The notes beneath the pieces are model-generated. The model was not told the DNA's origin. It searched no databases and worked only from the letters and a program-made list of their open reading frames with translations. The translations under genes and the position numbers were made by a program. From positions 36,642,001-36,706,000 of the forward strand of contig NC_043001.1 of the NCBI RefSeq assembly GCF_006345805.1: a stretch of DNA of 64,000 nucleotides, in the 5' to 3' direction. The DNA comes from Octopus sinensis (Eukaryota). Of this stretch, positions 12,433 to 24,898 are shown piece by piece (position 1 is the first letter of the stretch; each line of letters begins with the position of its first letter).

Positions 12433-12625
12433 GGCGGTGAGCAAGCAGAATCGTTAAGCACGCCGGGCAAAATGTTTAACGGCATCTCGTCTCTCTGTTC
12501 GTTTTAAGTAAAAATTTCCGCCGAGTTCGACTTTGATTTTCATCCTTTCGGGGTCGATAAAATAAGTACCAGTTGAGCACAGAGGATTTGATTGAATCGA
12601 CTTACTCCAAGAAATTGCTGCCCTC
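12433..12625 (+). mobile_element. SINE family B variant, diverged
   Basis: GGCGGTGAGC..GCAGAATCGTT head followed by the Meta-like domain. Confidence 0.75.
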
Positions 12626-12733
12626 CAGCTAAAATCGCTATTACCTGTATTTTGAGACAACGAGCTGGTGATACAGAACAAAATGTTTAGCGGCATACAT
12701 ACGTACGTACATACTTACATACATGCATATATT

Positions 12734-12764
<31 letters not shown>

Positions 12765-12789
12765 GTAGGTATGTATGTATGTATGCATT

Positions 12790-13110
12790 TGGCTGTGTGA
12801 TGAGAAGATTGCTTCCTAACCACATGGTACGGGGTTCAGTACCACTGCGTGTACATTGGGCAAGTGCCTTCAGCTATAGCCTAGGACTGACCAAATTTGG
12901 TAGACGGAAACTGGAAGAAGCCCGTCGCATATATAAATATATATGTACGTGTATGTCTTTGTCTGTGTTTGTCCCCACGCCACACGCTTGACAACCAGTG
13001 TTAGTGTGTTTACGTCCACATAACTTAGGAGTTCGGCAAAAGAAACCGATAGAGTAAGCACCAGTCCTAGCAAAAATTTAAGTATTGAGGTCGATTCATT
13101 CAACTAAATA
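12790..13110 (+). mobile_element. SINE family A, diverged
   Basis: Head, CORE-like segment, short internal TA run and partial tail. Confidence 0.8.
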
Positions 13111-13147
13111 TTCTTCCATCGGTCAGAAACATTGAACAACCTAGAGA

Positions 13148-13206
13148 ATTAATGCTACTTTCGTCAGGGTCATTTCTGGTTGTGATCTGACGAAAGTAGC
13201 ATTAAT
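13148..13206. repeat. Perfect 20-bp inverted repeat with 19-nt spacer
   Basis: ATTAATGCTACTTTCGTCAG (13148-13167) and CTGACGAAAGTAGCATTAAT (13187-13206). Confidence 0.95.
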
Positions 13207-13373
13207 CCTTTTGGTCGTTCAATTCTTCTCAGCGATCAATGGACCAATTGAGTAAACTTGTCAATAACGAACCTATCATGACTAACGGAAAGACCTCTAA
13301 GTCAAACTTACTACAACAAATATGTAATGAGTATTATTTATCTTTCATCTTGTATATCACTCAGTTTTAAAAT

Positions 13374-13598
13374 AGCTGGCAGAAACGTTAGCACGCCGGG
13401 CGAAATGCGTAGCCGTATTTCGTCTGCCGTTACGTTCTGGGTTCAAATTCCGCCGAGGTCGGCTTTGCCTTTCATCCTTTCGGGGTCGATAAATTAAGTA
13501 CCAGTTACGCACTGGGGTCGATATAATCGACTTAATCCGTCTGTCTGTCCTTGTTTGTCCCCTCTGTGTTTATCCCCTTGTGGGTAGTAAAGAAATAG
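13374..13598 (+). mobile_element. SINE family B monomer
   Basis: AGCTGGCAGAAACGTTAGCACGCCGGG head, B-box, Meta-like domain, ends GTAGTAAAGAAATAG. Confidence 0.9.
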
Positions 13599-14627
13599 AT
13601 ATAACTGGAACACAACCATGGATTCACAATATAGAATGGTGATAAACCATAACCTCAGACTCTGTGTTAAGAATATGCAGAGTTATTTATTAATCTAAAC
13701 AATATTGTTAGTCTGGTGTACTAACATAGAACTTATAAACTATTTTGCCCGGATTGATAATCCCTGACTAGTAATTCTGTTCTGTGTGCGCGTGCGTGTG
13801 TGAGTGTGTGTGCACAAATGTAATACATATATATATATATGTATGTGTATGTGTTTGTATTTGTGTGTGTGTGTATCCAATATTATATGTTTATGCATGC
13901 ATGTGTGTATAATTTTGTTATTTCTATGCAACTGTTAGCGTTGTGGTTGGTTCTCTTATAATTTCGTGTAATCAACGACTTCTCCAGCGTTTTCAGTAAC
14001 TGACTTTATAACACAGAAAACCTAAAGTTCTCCATCAGACCATCGCAAATTATAACTACTTACAGAGCTCTTCCATCCTTTTCTTTTATTCTTAATTTGG
14101 ATAATTCGAGCTGCAACCTGTTTCAAATATATGTAGTTATAAATATGTAGAATAACAAATGAAGTGAGAGGTTAAAGTTTGCTACATTAAGTACGAAGCA
14201 GCTTGTCATTACCTGGGACATACTGGATGAAGATAACAGTCCTTGCTGTCTATGCCAATTGATAAAAGTGTGTTCATACACACGCGCGTACACAAACGTG
14301 AAACTTTGGTTTGATTAAATGGATTCAGGCACAGTCATGTACCTAAGAAGTCTTCTGTTTAAGCACGTGGTTTCATGTTCGATCTTTATTCAGGTTTTTT
14401 GGGGTTTTTGTTTGTTTTTTTTTTTGTTGTAGTAGCTTTAATAGAAATCCAACGTTATCATTCGAAGTAAAATGACTGAATTTCGCTCTGAGAGTTGACG
14501 GTGCCTCGGATAATTTGTTAGAGTAATTTCCGTTCTGTTCGAAATTACGGTTCTACATCAGAAACGCTGCTCCACTGCTCTTTCTGCTATAATCTTGGGT
14601 GCACCAACGCCGCAGGATAGATAGATA

Positions 14628-14923
14628 AGTTTCTTTATTGGCCACATAGGGCTGCACACAGATGGGACAAGTTACAAGGTAGAGCTTTTCTTTTGGGGGA
14701 GAAAAAAAAAGATGGCGTAGGTTTTCGATCAAAAGGGATCGTAAAAGGGAAAAAAAACAAAAAAAAGGAAAAGGACCAAAAGAAAAGAAAAATGAAAAAA
14801 GAAGACAAAAGAGGAAAAAAGGGGAAGAGAAAAAAAAGGATCAATAGGGATCGTGTATCACAGTGTCATGATGTATGGTGTAAAGGGGAAAGCAAGTAAG
14901 GTTAATCCGTGGGAAGAAAAGCC

Positions 14924-14925
<2 letters not shown>
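14628..14925 (-). mobile_element. 3' UTR-only copy of Tx1-like retrotransposon, bounded by (GATA)n
   Basis: Homologous to 15005-15300. AATAAA on the minus strand followed by (TATC)n. Confidence 0.8.
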
Positions 14926-15004
<79 letters not shown>

Positions 15005-15005
<1 letters not shown>

Positions 15006-16109
15006 TGTTTCTTTATTAGCCACACAGGGCTGCAGACAGACGGGACAGATTACAAAGTAGAGCTTTTCTTTTGGGGGGAGAGAGAGAAAAAATAAGGTGG
15101 CTTAGGTTCTCGATCAAAAGGGATCGTAAAAGGGAAAGAAGAAAAAAAAGTGGGCTAGGTTTTCGATCAAAAAGGAAAGAAGGATCGTAAAAGGAAAGAA
15201 AAGGGAAAAAAACGATTAATGGGAATCGTGTATCACAGTGACATGGTGTAAAGTGTAAAGGGAGAAGCAGATAAGGTTTATCCGTGGGAAGAAAAGCCTA
15301 CGGAAAAGACCACGGTAACCTAGGTCAATGATGTTACATGTTACCACATTTGTTTGCAAGTAGGTAACCCTCTGTTTTAAATTTTCTGGGTTCATTGAAT
15401 TATGCTCAATGTGGCTTCGTCATTCATACGTGCCATCCTTGCTACATTCACCCATCTTTTTTTGAAACATTCGCTAGAAAAAAACTTGCCTCTATACTCT
15501 CACTTTCCTTTTCAAGAGATGCTTGAAAATGTTGATGAGAGATTGACCAGAGAGGAAAGTGTTTGTCTCCAATCCTTTCAGACGCGTCCACTAGATACAT
15601 TATTTCGCCATAGCCACAAGGATGATGAAAATAGCTCTTCCTTCCCGTTTGAAGGAAGGAGGCGTGACAATATTGACGATAGACTCGACTGATAAACCGA
15701 CTCGTCCCACACGTGACAGCAGTCGTTCGACATAAGCCCACAATAGGAAATTGTTGGACACTTCACGATTGCGTGCAGAACGGTTTCGTCGCTCTGACCG
15801 CATCTCGGGCAGGTCGGCTCCGTGTTTTTCGAGCCGTGTCTGAAGAGCTTATCTCGAACGGGTAGCGCTTCACGGTAGCACTGCCAGGCCATGGGCCGTG
15901 GCCCGAAAGTCGTCCTGAAGAGGCGGGTCAGGCATTCCTCGTCGACGTCCTGGTTCGCCCCGAGCTCGTCGTCGTACCTCCCCTCCACTAATCCCTTATA
16001 GAATGCTTGGGTTGTGTTGGAGTCACTCAATGTCGACCCGGGACGGCAGAGTTGCTTGAGAGCAACGCGACACTCGCGGTGCCATTCGCCCTTCCTCGGC
16101 CTCTTTTTG

Positions 16110-16110
<1 letters not shown>
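15005..16110 (-). mobile_element. 5'-truncated, frameshifted Tx1/L1-clade non-LTR retrotransposon (ORF2 C-terminus and 3' UTR)
   Basis: Translation shows AWQCYREALPVRDKL and the CPRCGQSDETVLHAIVKCP CCHC knuckle (zf-RVT type). Homology continues in a second frame (LWAYVERLLSRV). Flanked by (GATA)n at 14926-15004 and 16111-16189. Confidence 0.85.
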
Positions 16111-16189
<79 letters not shown>

Positions 16190-16200
16190 CACACACACAC

Positions 16201-16249
<49 letters not shown>

Positions 16250-16251
<2 letters not shown>

Positions 16252-16587
16252 GCGCATGGCTCAGTGGTTAGAGCGTCGAGCTTACGATCGTGAGGTTGTG
16301 TAAGTTCGAATCCCGGACCGGGCTGCGTGCTGTGTTCTTGAGCAAGACACTTTATTTCACGTTGCTCCAGTTCACTCAGCTGTAGAAATGAGTTGCGACG
16401 TCACAGGTACCAAGCTGTATCGACCTTTGTCTTTCCCTTGGATAACATGGTGGCGTGGAGAGGGGAGGCCGGTATGCATGGGCGACTACTGGTCTTCCAT
16501 AAAAACAACCTTGCCCAGACTTGTGCCTCAGAGGGTAACTCTCTAGGTGCAAACCCATGGTCACTCATGACCGAAGGGGGTCTTTAA
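16250..16587 (+). mobile_element. tRNA-derived SINE, D-type head with distinct tail
   Basis: TGGCTCAGTGG A-box and AGTTCGAATCC B-box. TGTGTTCTTGAGCAAGACAC segment is shared with family D. The tail recurs at 55378-55515. Confidence 0.85.
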
Positions 16588-16609
16588 CCTTTATATATGT
16601 GTGTGTGAT

Positions 16610-16668
<59 letters not shown>

Positions 16669-16886
16669 AAAAGTTAAATAATGAGGGTAGAAATTAATAT
16701 TATAAATTAATATCAATTTAATCCAGTGGCCTAGCATACTTAAAAAAATGAGAAGACTATGAATTATATTACCTATATAACCACCAAGGTGGATTTTTCT
16801 AGCATATTAGGAATCCACATTGGTGGTTATTCCTCTTATATATATGTATATGTATATATATGTATGTGTATGTATTATATATATAT

Positions 16887-17293
16887 CTTTACTCTTTTAC
16901 TTGTTTCAGTCATTTGAGTGCGGCAATGCTGGAGCACCGCCTTTAGTCGAGCAAATCGACCCCAGGATTTATTCTTTGTAAGCCCAGTACTTATTCTATC
17001 GGTCTCTTTTTGCCGAACCGCTAAGTGACGGGGACGTAAACACACCAGCATCGGTTGTCAAGCAATGCTAGGGGGACAAACACAGACACACAAACACACA
17101 CACACATACATATATATATATACATATATACGACAGGCTTCTTTCAGTTTCCGTCTACCAAATCCACTCACAAGGCATTGGTCGGCCCGGGGCTATAGCA
17201 GAGGACACTTGCCCAAGATGCCACGCAGTGGGACTGAACCCGGAACCATGTGGCTGGTTAGCTAGCTACTCACCACACAGCCACTCCTGCGCC

Positions 17294-17294
<1 letters not shown>
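16887..17294 (-). mobile_element. SINE family A, full length
   Basis: Very similar to 56583-56991. Confidence 0.92.
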
Positions 17295-17322
<28 letters not shown>

Positions 17323-17325
<3 letters not shown>

Positions 17326-17550
17326 TAATCCAAACAAGAAAACACAAAAAAAACAAAAAACCCAACAACGCGAGGACGTGGAACAAATAAAGTATTAATG
17401 GACGCTCAGGAAAGAAGGAAGAAGGAGGGTTAACGTTTCGAGCGGAGCTCTTCGTCGGAACATAGGAGAAGGAAAGATCCCGAGAAGGGAAGAGAGAGGA
17501 AAAAAAAAACGCCAGCGGTACTCACAAGGTCACATATTGAAAGACCGATA
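17323..17550 (-). mobile_element. Penelope-like terminal fragment with variant hammerhead (17429-17461)
   Basis: Minus strand GTT-CCGACGA-A-GAG(CTCCG)CTC-GAAA-C-GT-T-AAC. Core has C instead of U4, 3-bp stems. Embedded between (TA)n runs. Confidence 0.55.
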
Positions 17551-18183
17551 TATATATATATATTTATATATGTATGTTTATTTTGGGCATAGAATTTAGT
17601 AAGAACATATTAGATCATGCATTCCGAAAGACGATGAGATTGCGTCTTGAATGCTTCGTGATGATTGGTCTGCTTCATGTCGTTGAGGTGATTATGTATT
17701 CTTGTAGTGAAATCCTATTCTAAGTTAATTCATGTCGGTTAAATAATTGACACACTTGACATTTTCACAGTAACTAATTCTTATTACATAATAAAAGTAT
17801 CGTTCTCATAAACAATTATATCCTGGAGATTAATCCAAAACTATTATGAGACATTTATGAAAGCATGAACAGATTAACTTCATGCAATACTGCAAATATT
17901 GTACTGAATCATTAAATTTCTTTATTATTTTCCTTTCCTTTTAATTTAAATTATCATTATTGATCAACCACCTCCAGCGTCAGCTGTTTACTCGTTGAGT
18001 CTAGTATTTGACAGAAAGAAATTCCTCTGTCTTACTAAAGCGTCTATGGAAACAAAGAAAATGTTGATTTTGTTTAAGTCAAAATCATAATTCAAATAAA
18101 CTTGAAAGACTCCACATATTGGTATGCAGCTGCTCACCCACTCAGTTTCCTGTTAGATACATTTCTTTATCTAGATACATTTT

Positions 18184-18568
18184 GTGGAGGCGCAATGGCC
18201 CAGTGGTTAGGGCAGCGGACTCGCGGTCATAGGATCGCGGTTTCGATTCCCAGACCGGGCGTTGTGAGTGTTTATTGAGCGAAAACACCTAAAGCTCCAC
18301 GAGGCTCCGGCAGGGGATGGTGGTGATCCCTGCTGTACTCTTTCACCACAACTTTCTCTCACTCTTACTTCCTGTTTCTGTTGTACCTGTATTTCAAAGG
18401 GTCGGCCTTGTCACTCTCTGTGTCACGCTGAATATCCCCGAGAACTACGTTAAGGGTACACGTGTCTGTGGAGTGCTCAGCCACTTACACGTTAATTTCA
18501 CGAGCAGGCTGTTCCGTTGATTCGGATCAACCGGAACCCTCGTCGTCGTAACCGACGGAGTGCTTCCA
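18184..18568 (+). mobile_element. tRNA-derived SINE family C, full length
   Basis: TGGCCCAGTGG A-box and GGTTTCGATTCC B-box. Highly similar to 52149-52531. Confidence 0.92.
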
Positions 18569-18573
18569 CTTCC

Positions 18574-18796
18574 ACATTTCTTTACTACCCACAAGGGGCT
18601 AAACATAGAGGGGACAAACAAGGACAGACAAACGGATTGAGTCGATTACATCGACCCTAGTGCGAAACTGGTACTTAATTTATCGACCCCGAAAGGATGA
18701 AAAGCAAATCGACCTCGGCGGAATTTTGAACCCGGAACGTAACAGCAGACGAAATAAGGCTACGCATTTCGCCAGGCGTGCTAACGTTTCTGCCAG
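18574..18796 (-). mobile_element. SINE family B monomer
   Basis: Reverse complement of 13374-13598-type sequence, abutting tail-to-tail with the family C copy. Confidence 0.88.
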
Positions 18797-19151
18797 GTGA
18801 GAACCATTATAGTAGAAAACAGTGCAACAGGGCTACATATAAGGAAGTTTCATATCATATATATAAATCCAAAAATATATTTATTTTACGTTATAAACTC
18901 TCTGTTGCCCAATCATAAAGTTCTAAATTTAACTCAACTTCTGGACGCTACGTTTTCACTATGGTTTGCCATGCTTTCATACGATAACCCAAGGAAACTC
19001 TTCCAATAATTCTACCTGGTGGGCATGGTTGCATCTATTGTGATTTTGACTTAGGCAAATAATAGGGATATATTTTACTTAAGAGACAATGATTGTAGTT
19101 ATAGTTATGTTTTAATGTAGAAACTATGTTAAAGAAATGGGGAGAGAACAC

Positions 19152-19305
19152 ACACCGCCTTTAGTCGAGCAAATCGACCCCAGGAATTATTCTTTGGAAG
19201 CCTAGTACGTATTCTATCGGTCTCTTTTGCCAAACTGCTAAGTTACAAGGACGCAAACACACCAGCATTGGTTGTCAAGCAAAGTTGGGGGGCAAACACA
19301 GACAC
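19152..19305 (-). mobile_element. SINE family A, 3' half
   Basis: CACCGCCTTTAGTCGAGCAAATCGACCCCAGG tail match. Confidence 0.85.
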
Positions 19306-20182
19306 GCAGAGAGGATGAAAGGAAGAGATATACAAATAGAATCAGATGTAGATCAGGCAAACACCAAGTAGATAAAGAGAAAACAGGGACAACGTGGGAA
19401 GGATAGAGGATAGAAAGATGTATATGTCCTATCTGTCCACTTGTGTATCTCTATGTCTAGACATTCGCATGTTACTCCACCATCAAGAGCAGACGCCCTA
19501 AAATAGCTGGTGAATGTCTAGACAGCGTAAGGATCTTTATAGACAGACCTAAGCAATTTCCGTTGCTAAATGGAAATTGATAAACAACATTGATATCAAT
19601 TAAACATAAAGAGGTCCGAAAGTAAAAGAACTGCGATAAAGCATAGAGTAATGTAACACATAAGATAGAGTAAGGATAGTCTATATTTTGTGAAAACAAG
19701 AGCGGAAAATAATGGGTTTATAGTGGTCATGACTGACTGTGTTAGAAAAAAGGAGTTCAATGAAATACATAAGATTTAATACGTAATGCTAATGATTTGG
19801 GTGTCATGAAGAGAAGATAATTCTGTTGGATTGTCTATATAGCTCCCTATCATTAGAAATAAGAAAGCGTGGTATTTAACCATAGTTTTTGTTCTTTACC
19901 TTTTTCATGAACCAGCCAGAGAGTCACTATCTGGTCGGTGAATAGTAAGTTTGAACTCTGACTGCTAGGGTTACAGCCCTATACAGGCTTCTATCGCATA
20001 GGGCCTCTGCTCAGAGTGTAATCCAGTCAAGGAGTGCCTAAAATCTTATAAATGGTTAAATAGAAATATTTGGCTGAGTATGGACATAGATTTGTTAGGT
20101 AAATCAGAATTAATATAATAATGTCCCCCCCCCTTTGCAAATGTTCCTTCTGAACTACGTTGTGTACAGGTTTATATATATA

Positions 20183-20218
<36 letters not shown>

Positions 20219-20432
20219 TGTGTGGTGTGTGTGTGTGTGTGTTTCTGTATGTGTGTTTGTGTATGCGTGTGTTTACATCTCTTTACCAGAGGTGAAAATT
20301 TTCTCTATACTACCTGCAGTGAATTTGCCTTTTAGCATATTTAAAGTTACCTAAATTTTGCTTATGCCTAAACAATACTTGGCGCTGATATTGCGGTAAT
20401 TTCCACGACTTGACCGTCTATATATGTATGAG

Positions 20433-20463
<31 letters not shown>

Positions 20464-20922
20464 ATATTATATATATATATATATATTATATATATGTATG
20501 GATGTATGTATGCATGTACTTATATATATATTTATATATATGCATACGTTACGTGTGTGTGTGAGTGTTTGTGTTTGTATGTATAAGTGTGTTTGTACAC
20601 ATTTGCATGTGTGTGTGGACGTTTATGTTATGAACTAAGCAAAGTAATGCTAGTAGCGTTGTTGGGCAGGTTTAATAAAATGGAAAGATATCTGTTACTC
20701 ACCTACCGGCTTTATAGACAAGGCCCTCAAGCATCTGCATCGATTATATTTTCGAAAAAGATCGAATGGCAGCTTTAATATTGGAGTGACCAACCTTGGT
20801 TGTTCTCTTCATATTCGCTCGAGGTTGGTCAAATTATATTACAAAATATTAGTTCATGTGCCTACTCTTTATTTATTTAGAACAGTGAATGTTTATTTAA
20901 GGTACTTCTACAATTTATACAT

Positions 20923-20965
<43 letters not shown>

Positions 20966-20976
20966 ATATATATATA

Positions 20977-21195
20977 CAGTAATCCCTCGCCATATCGCGG
21001 TTCACCTATAGCGGTTTATTATTTAAGATTACGTCGATTCCTCTGTAGTGTTCTTTTACATTTATTATAAAACAAATACATACAAATTATAGAAATAATA
21101 AAAAAATATGCAGTACAGTACTATTTCTACTTCGCGGTTTTTAGCTATCATTCGGGTTTTGGAACGTAACACCCACGATAGTCGAGGGATTATGG
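20977..21195. mobile_element. Tigger/pogo-like MITE (~219 bp)
   Basis: TIRs CAGTAATCCCTCGCCATATCGCGG and CCACGATAGTCGAGGGATTATGG, TA on both flanks. Confidence 0.75.
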
Positions 21196-21208
21196 TATAT
21201 ATGTATGC

Positions 21209-21307
<99 letters not shown>

Positions 21308-21319
21308 ATATATATTCTT

Positions 21320-21568
21320 ATATCTCGGAATGGTCATTTTGCCAGTTTAGCCAATAAAAACACACGCACTATATATTTGGTGTTACTTTGCTTCAGTGTT
21401 ATTTATTTTTTACATTAATCTTAATCTTATTTCGGCCAGAGTTCTTTAGTCACACTCCTGTGACCGCATCAGTGGTCCTTTGTTTTCTTCTTTCTTATTT
21501 GTGTCTCTCCTTACTAACAGTCAGCCATTTTATTGGCTAAACTGGCAAAATGACCACTCCGAAATATA
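21320..21568. mobile_element. Small element with ~41-bp terminal inverted repeats
   Basis: TATATCTCGGAATGGTCATTTTGCCAGTTTAGCCAATAAAA against its reverse complement at 21528-21568, 2 mismatches. Confidence 0.8.
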
Positions 21569-21629
21569 ACAATATCTGTTTCAACACACGACTTCACATA
21601 AAAAAATCTTGCACAACAAATATTTAAAC

Positions 21630-21683
<54 letters not shown>

Positions 21684-21686
<3 letters not shown>

Positions 21687-22033
21687 ACATCTCGCATTAT
21701 CATGGATGCAATTGTGCATCGTTAACCAGCCAAAGAAAATGTCCCCTTGGGATTAAAAAATCGCAGTAAATCCGTTTGACTGCATAGCCATGTTGAAGTG
21801 GCTACGAACATTTCTTATTAGTATAAGTACTATGGTGATCTCTTGGAAATATCTTAGAACTAGCATTTTTGCTTGTTATATATATATATATATATATATA
21901 TAACAAGCAAAAATGCCACTTCAACATGGCTATGCAGACAAAGAGATTTACTGCGAATTTTTAATCCCAAGTGGACATTTTCTTTGGCTGGTTAACGATG
22001 CACAACTGCATCCAAGATAATGCGAGATGTACA
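21684..22033. repeat. Palindromic element centred on (TA)n
   Basis: 21684-21802 pairs with 21915-22033. GCATTTTTGCTTGTTA/TAACAAGCAAAAATGC directly flank the central TA run. About 60 extra bp in the left arm. Confidence 0.88.
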
Positions 22034-22034
22034 T

Positions 22035-22087
<53 letters not shown>

Positions 22088-22112
22088 AGATAGATAGATA
22101 GATAGACATATA

Positions 22113-22143
<31 letters not shown>

Positions 22144-22144
<1 letters not shown>

Positions 22145-23808
22145 CTATATATAATACATATATATAATATATATATATATATATATAATTATATATATAT
22201 ATATAATATATATATATACACTACATATGTGGGAAATCAGTGTGAGTTTGTTTGTGGCGTTGTTAGCTAACTCCTCCTACATCATTTTATTGATTTTCAT
22301 GAAACTTGACGTGTGAGTAGAAATCATGTCTGGAAACCTCGTAGCATACTTAGATTATTGAAAAATTTGATAATACGGTCCCTGGAAGGGATCTTTATAT
22401 CTAAGTAATATTTTTTTAAACACCCAAAGGAAATAACTCATACCACCTGCATAATATTTTTTAAACACTCAAGGGAAATAACCCATAGCACCTGCACGTC
22501 TATTCTAATTCTGGCAAGGCATGCAGGATTTTCAATTTCATTACACATTGAATACCCATAACTCCGACAATTCTACATTTTCCATTCAAAATTTTTCGAT
22601 GATAGTAGATAAATTTTTCATTTTACAACGCATTTCATAAGTTTGTCCCAGTACAATGAACTCATACTTTGAATGCTTAAAATTCTTAAAAAAATGAAAC
22701 CAAACTCCCACACCACATTGACTTGCAACACACTGTATCAGTTATACTTATTTTATAAATCATAATATTTATTACTTATTTACAGTTCATACAACATTTT
22801 GATGAACGTCTATTCTAATTTAATATCTAAACAGTTATATACATATTGCTGTAATTAATTTACACATTGCATTAATACACATTTTTTCAACATTTCCAAA
22901 TATCTGAATGCTGGCAATGCATGCAGGGCTTTCAATTAAATTTCATTATACTTTGAATGTCCATAACTTCAACAATTCTGCATTTTTCCAGTTAAAATTT
23001 TTCGATGATAGTAAATAAATTTTTGATTCCAGAACTTATTTAATAAGTGTCTTCCAATACAATGAACGCATACTTTGAATGCTTAAAATTATTAAAATAT
23101 GAAAACAAACTTCCACACCACATACAGTTATTTACTTTGAATTGTTATCATCTCATATATGATTAGCCTGTTATTACGTAACATGCTTCACGATTTTAGT
23201 ATACATACCTTATTAATATTTCATCCCAAGTTCGATATTCTCTGGGAACGATATATTTTCGCAATTTATCCAGCACAACTTTTACACAAGTAAATAGTAT
23301 TTTCCTAAACAATAGATCCACTTCTTTCGGTTAGTGACTTATTTACGAATATACCAACACTAGCGCCCCTGAGGATAATATTCTCTGGGAATGCACAAAA
23401 GCCCTTTTCAGAGTTATTTACTTTCAATTATTATTATCACATATGTGATTAGCCTGTTATTATGTAACATGCCTCACGATTTTTGTATACATAACCTATT
23501 AGTGTTTCCTCCCAAGTTCAATATACTCTGGGAATGCATTAGAGACCTTTTCGGAGCTACTTTATTTGAATTCTTACTATCGTGTGACTAATATCATGTT
23601 ATTACATAACCGATTTCACAATTTGGGTATACATAACTTATTGGGAATTTCTAAAAATAAGATCCTGTGTAAGACAGTTCGGTATTCTCTGTAAATACAC
23701 AAAAACCGTTTTAAGGGCTACATACTTTGTATTTCTATTATTGGATTATGAGAATAGAACCAAGGGATAAACTGCGCTTTTCCGGGAATTCCCGGGTACG
23801 TCAGCTAG
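22144..23808 (+). mobile_element. Non-autonomous Helitron
   Basis: 3' end: 14-bp palindrome CCGGGAATTCCCGG (23782-23795), 9 nt, CTAG (23805-23808), then T. Putative 5' A|TCTATATATAAT at 22144, less certain. Internal diverged duplications. Confidence 0.7.
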
Positions 23809-24840
23809 TATATATATATATACATACATATATATGTATGTATATGTGTGTGTGTGTCTGTGTGTGTCTGTGTCTCTGTGTGTATGCGCTTGTGAGGCTG
23901 TATGTGTGTATATTTTTGAATACATGTATTTATACTTGCGTGTAAGCTCAAGAGAATATCATTGTTTATATTTAACTGTAAATAAATATGAAATGAATAA
24001 ACATACGAGAATATAAGATACGGTATATCTTCATTTTACATTGGCTGGTTTCGAACCGGCTAATAGACCCGGAAAGATAACTCCATATTATCCAACGCCT
24101 TGTAACTAGATTGCGCTGTAAAGTAATATAGCATTTTTGGTTATTCAAACTCGGTTCTTTTGACAAAGGCTGATATACATCGTCCTTCATGAATTTTGAC
24201 TAGTTATGAGGTCATAAGCCATGAATAAACACTTTAAATCAAGTTTTCATTACACAACTTACACACGAATTAACTAGTAGGCAATCATACGCGTGCGTCT
24301 GAGATTGTTGATGCGCAGTAATGTTCGTATAGATAAACAATTGCAAACGCATACATGCATATATACATATAAATATTTCTATAAATTTATATTTATATAT
24401 ATATATATATGTGTGTGTGCATTTTGAATGTATGTATATATATATATATATATATAATTTATATGAGACTATATAAACTGCAAAATGTAAGCATCAATTT
24501 GGAATGTTCACCCACAGAACTGCACATATACCGAGATGATGATGTACTTCACACTTAATATTCGTATCTGCATATAGATCGCATGTATGCATATGTGAGT
24601 GTGCATATCAAATATATATATGTACAAATGAGTATATGTATAATGTATATATAAATATGTCCATATACACATACATATACACATACAAACGTAATATACC
24701 ATATATATATATATAGAGAGAGAGAGAGAGGGAGATATAGAGAGATAGATAGATAGATAGATTGATAGATAGATATACATACATGCATGTATGTATGTAT
24801 GAATGCATGTATGTAGGTAAGTAAGTAGATATGTATGTTC

Positions 24841-24898
<58 letters not shown>

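Noticed and set aside
16255-16325. tRNA gene (also the heads at 3721, 18184, 52149, 55703, 58656, 63593)
   Set aside because: A/B boxes are present, but there is no acceptor-stem closure, and the heads continue into SINE bodies with TSDs.
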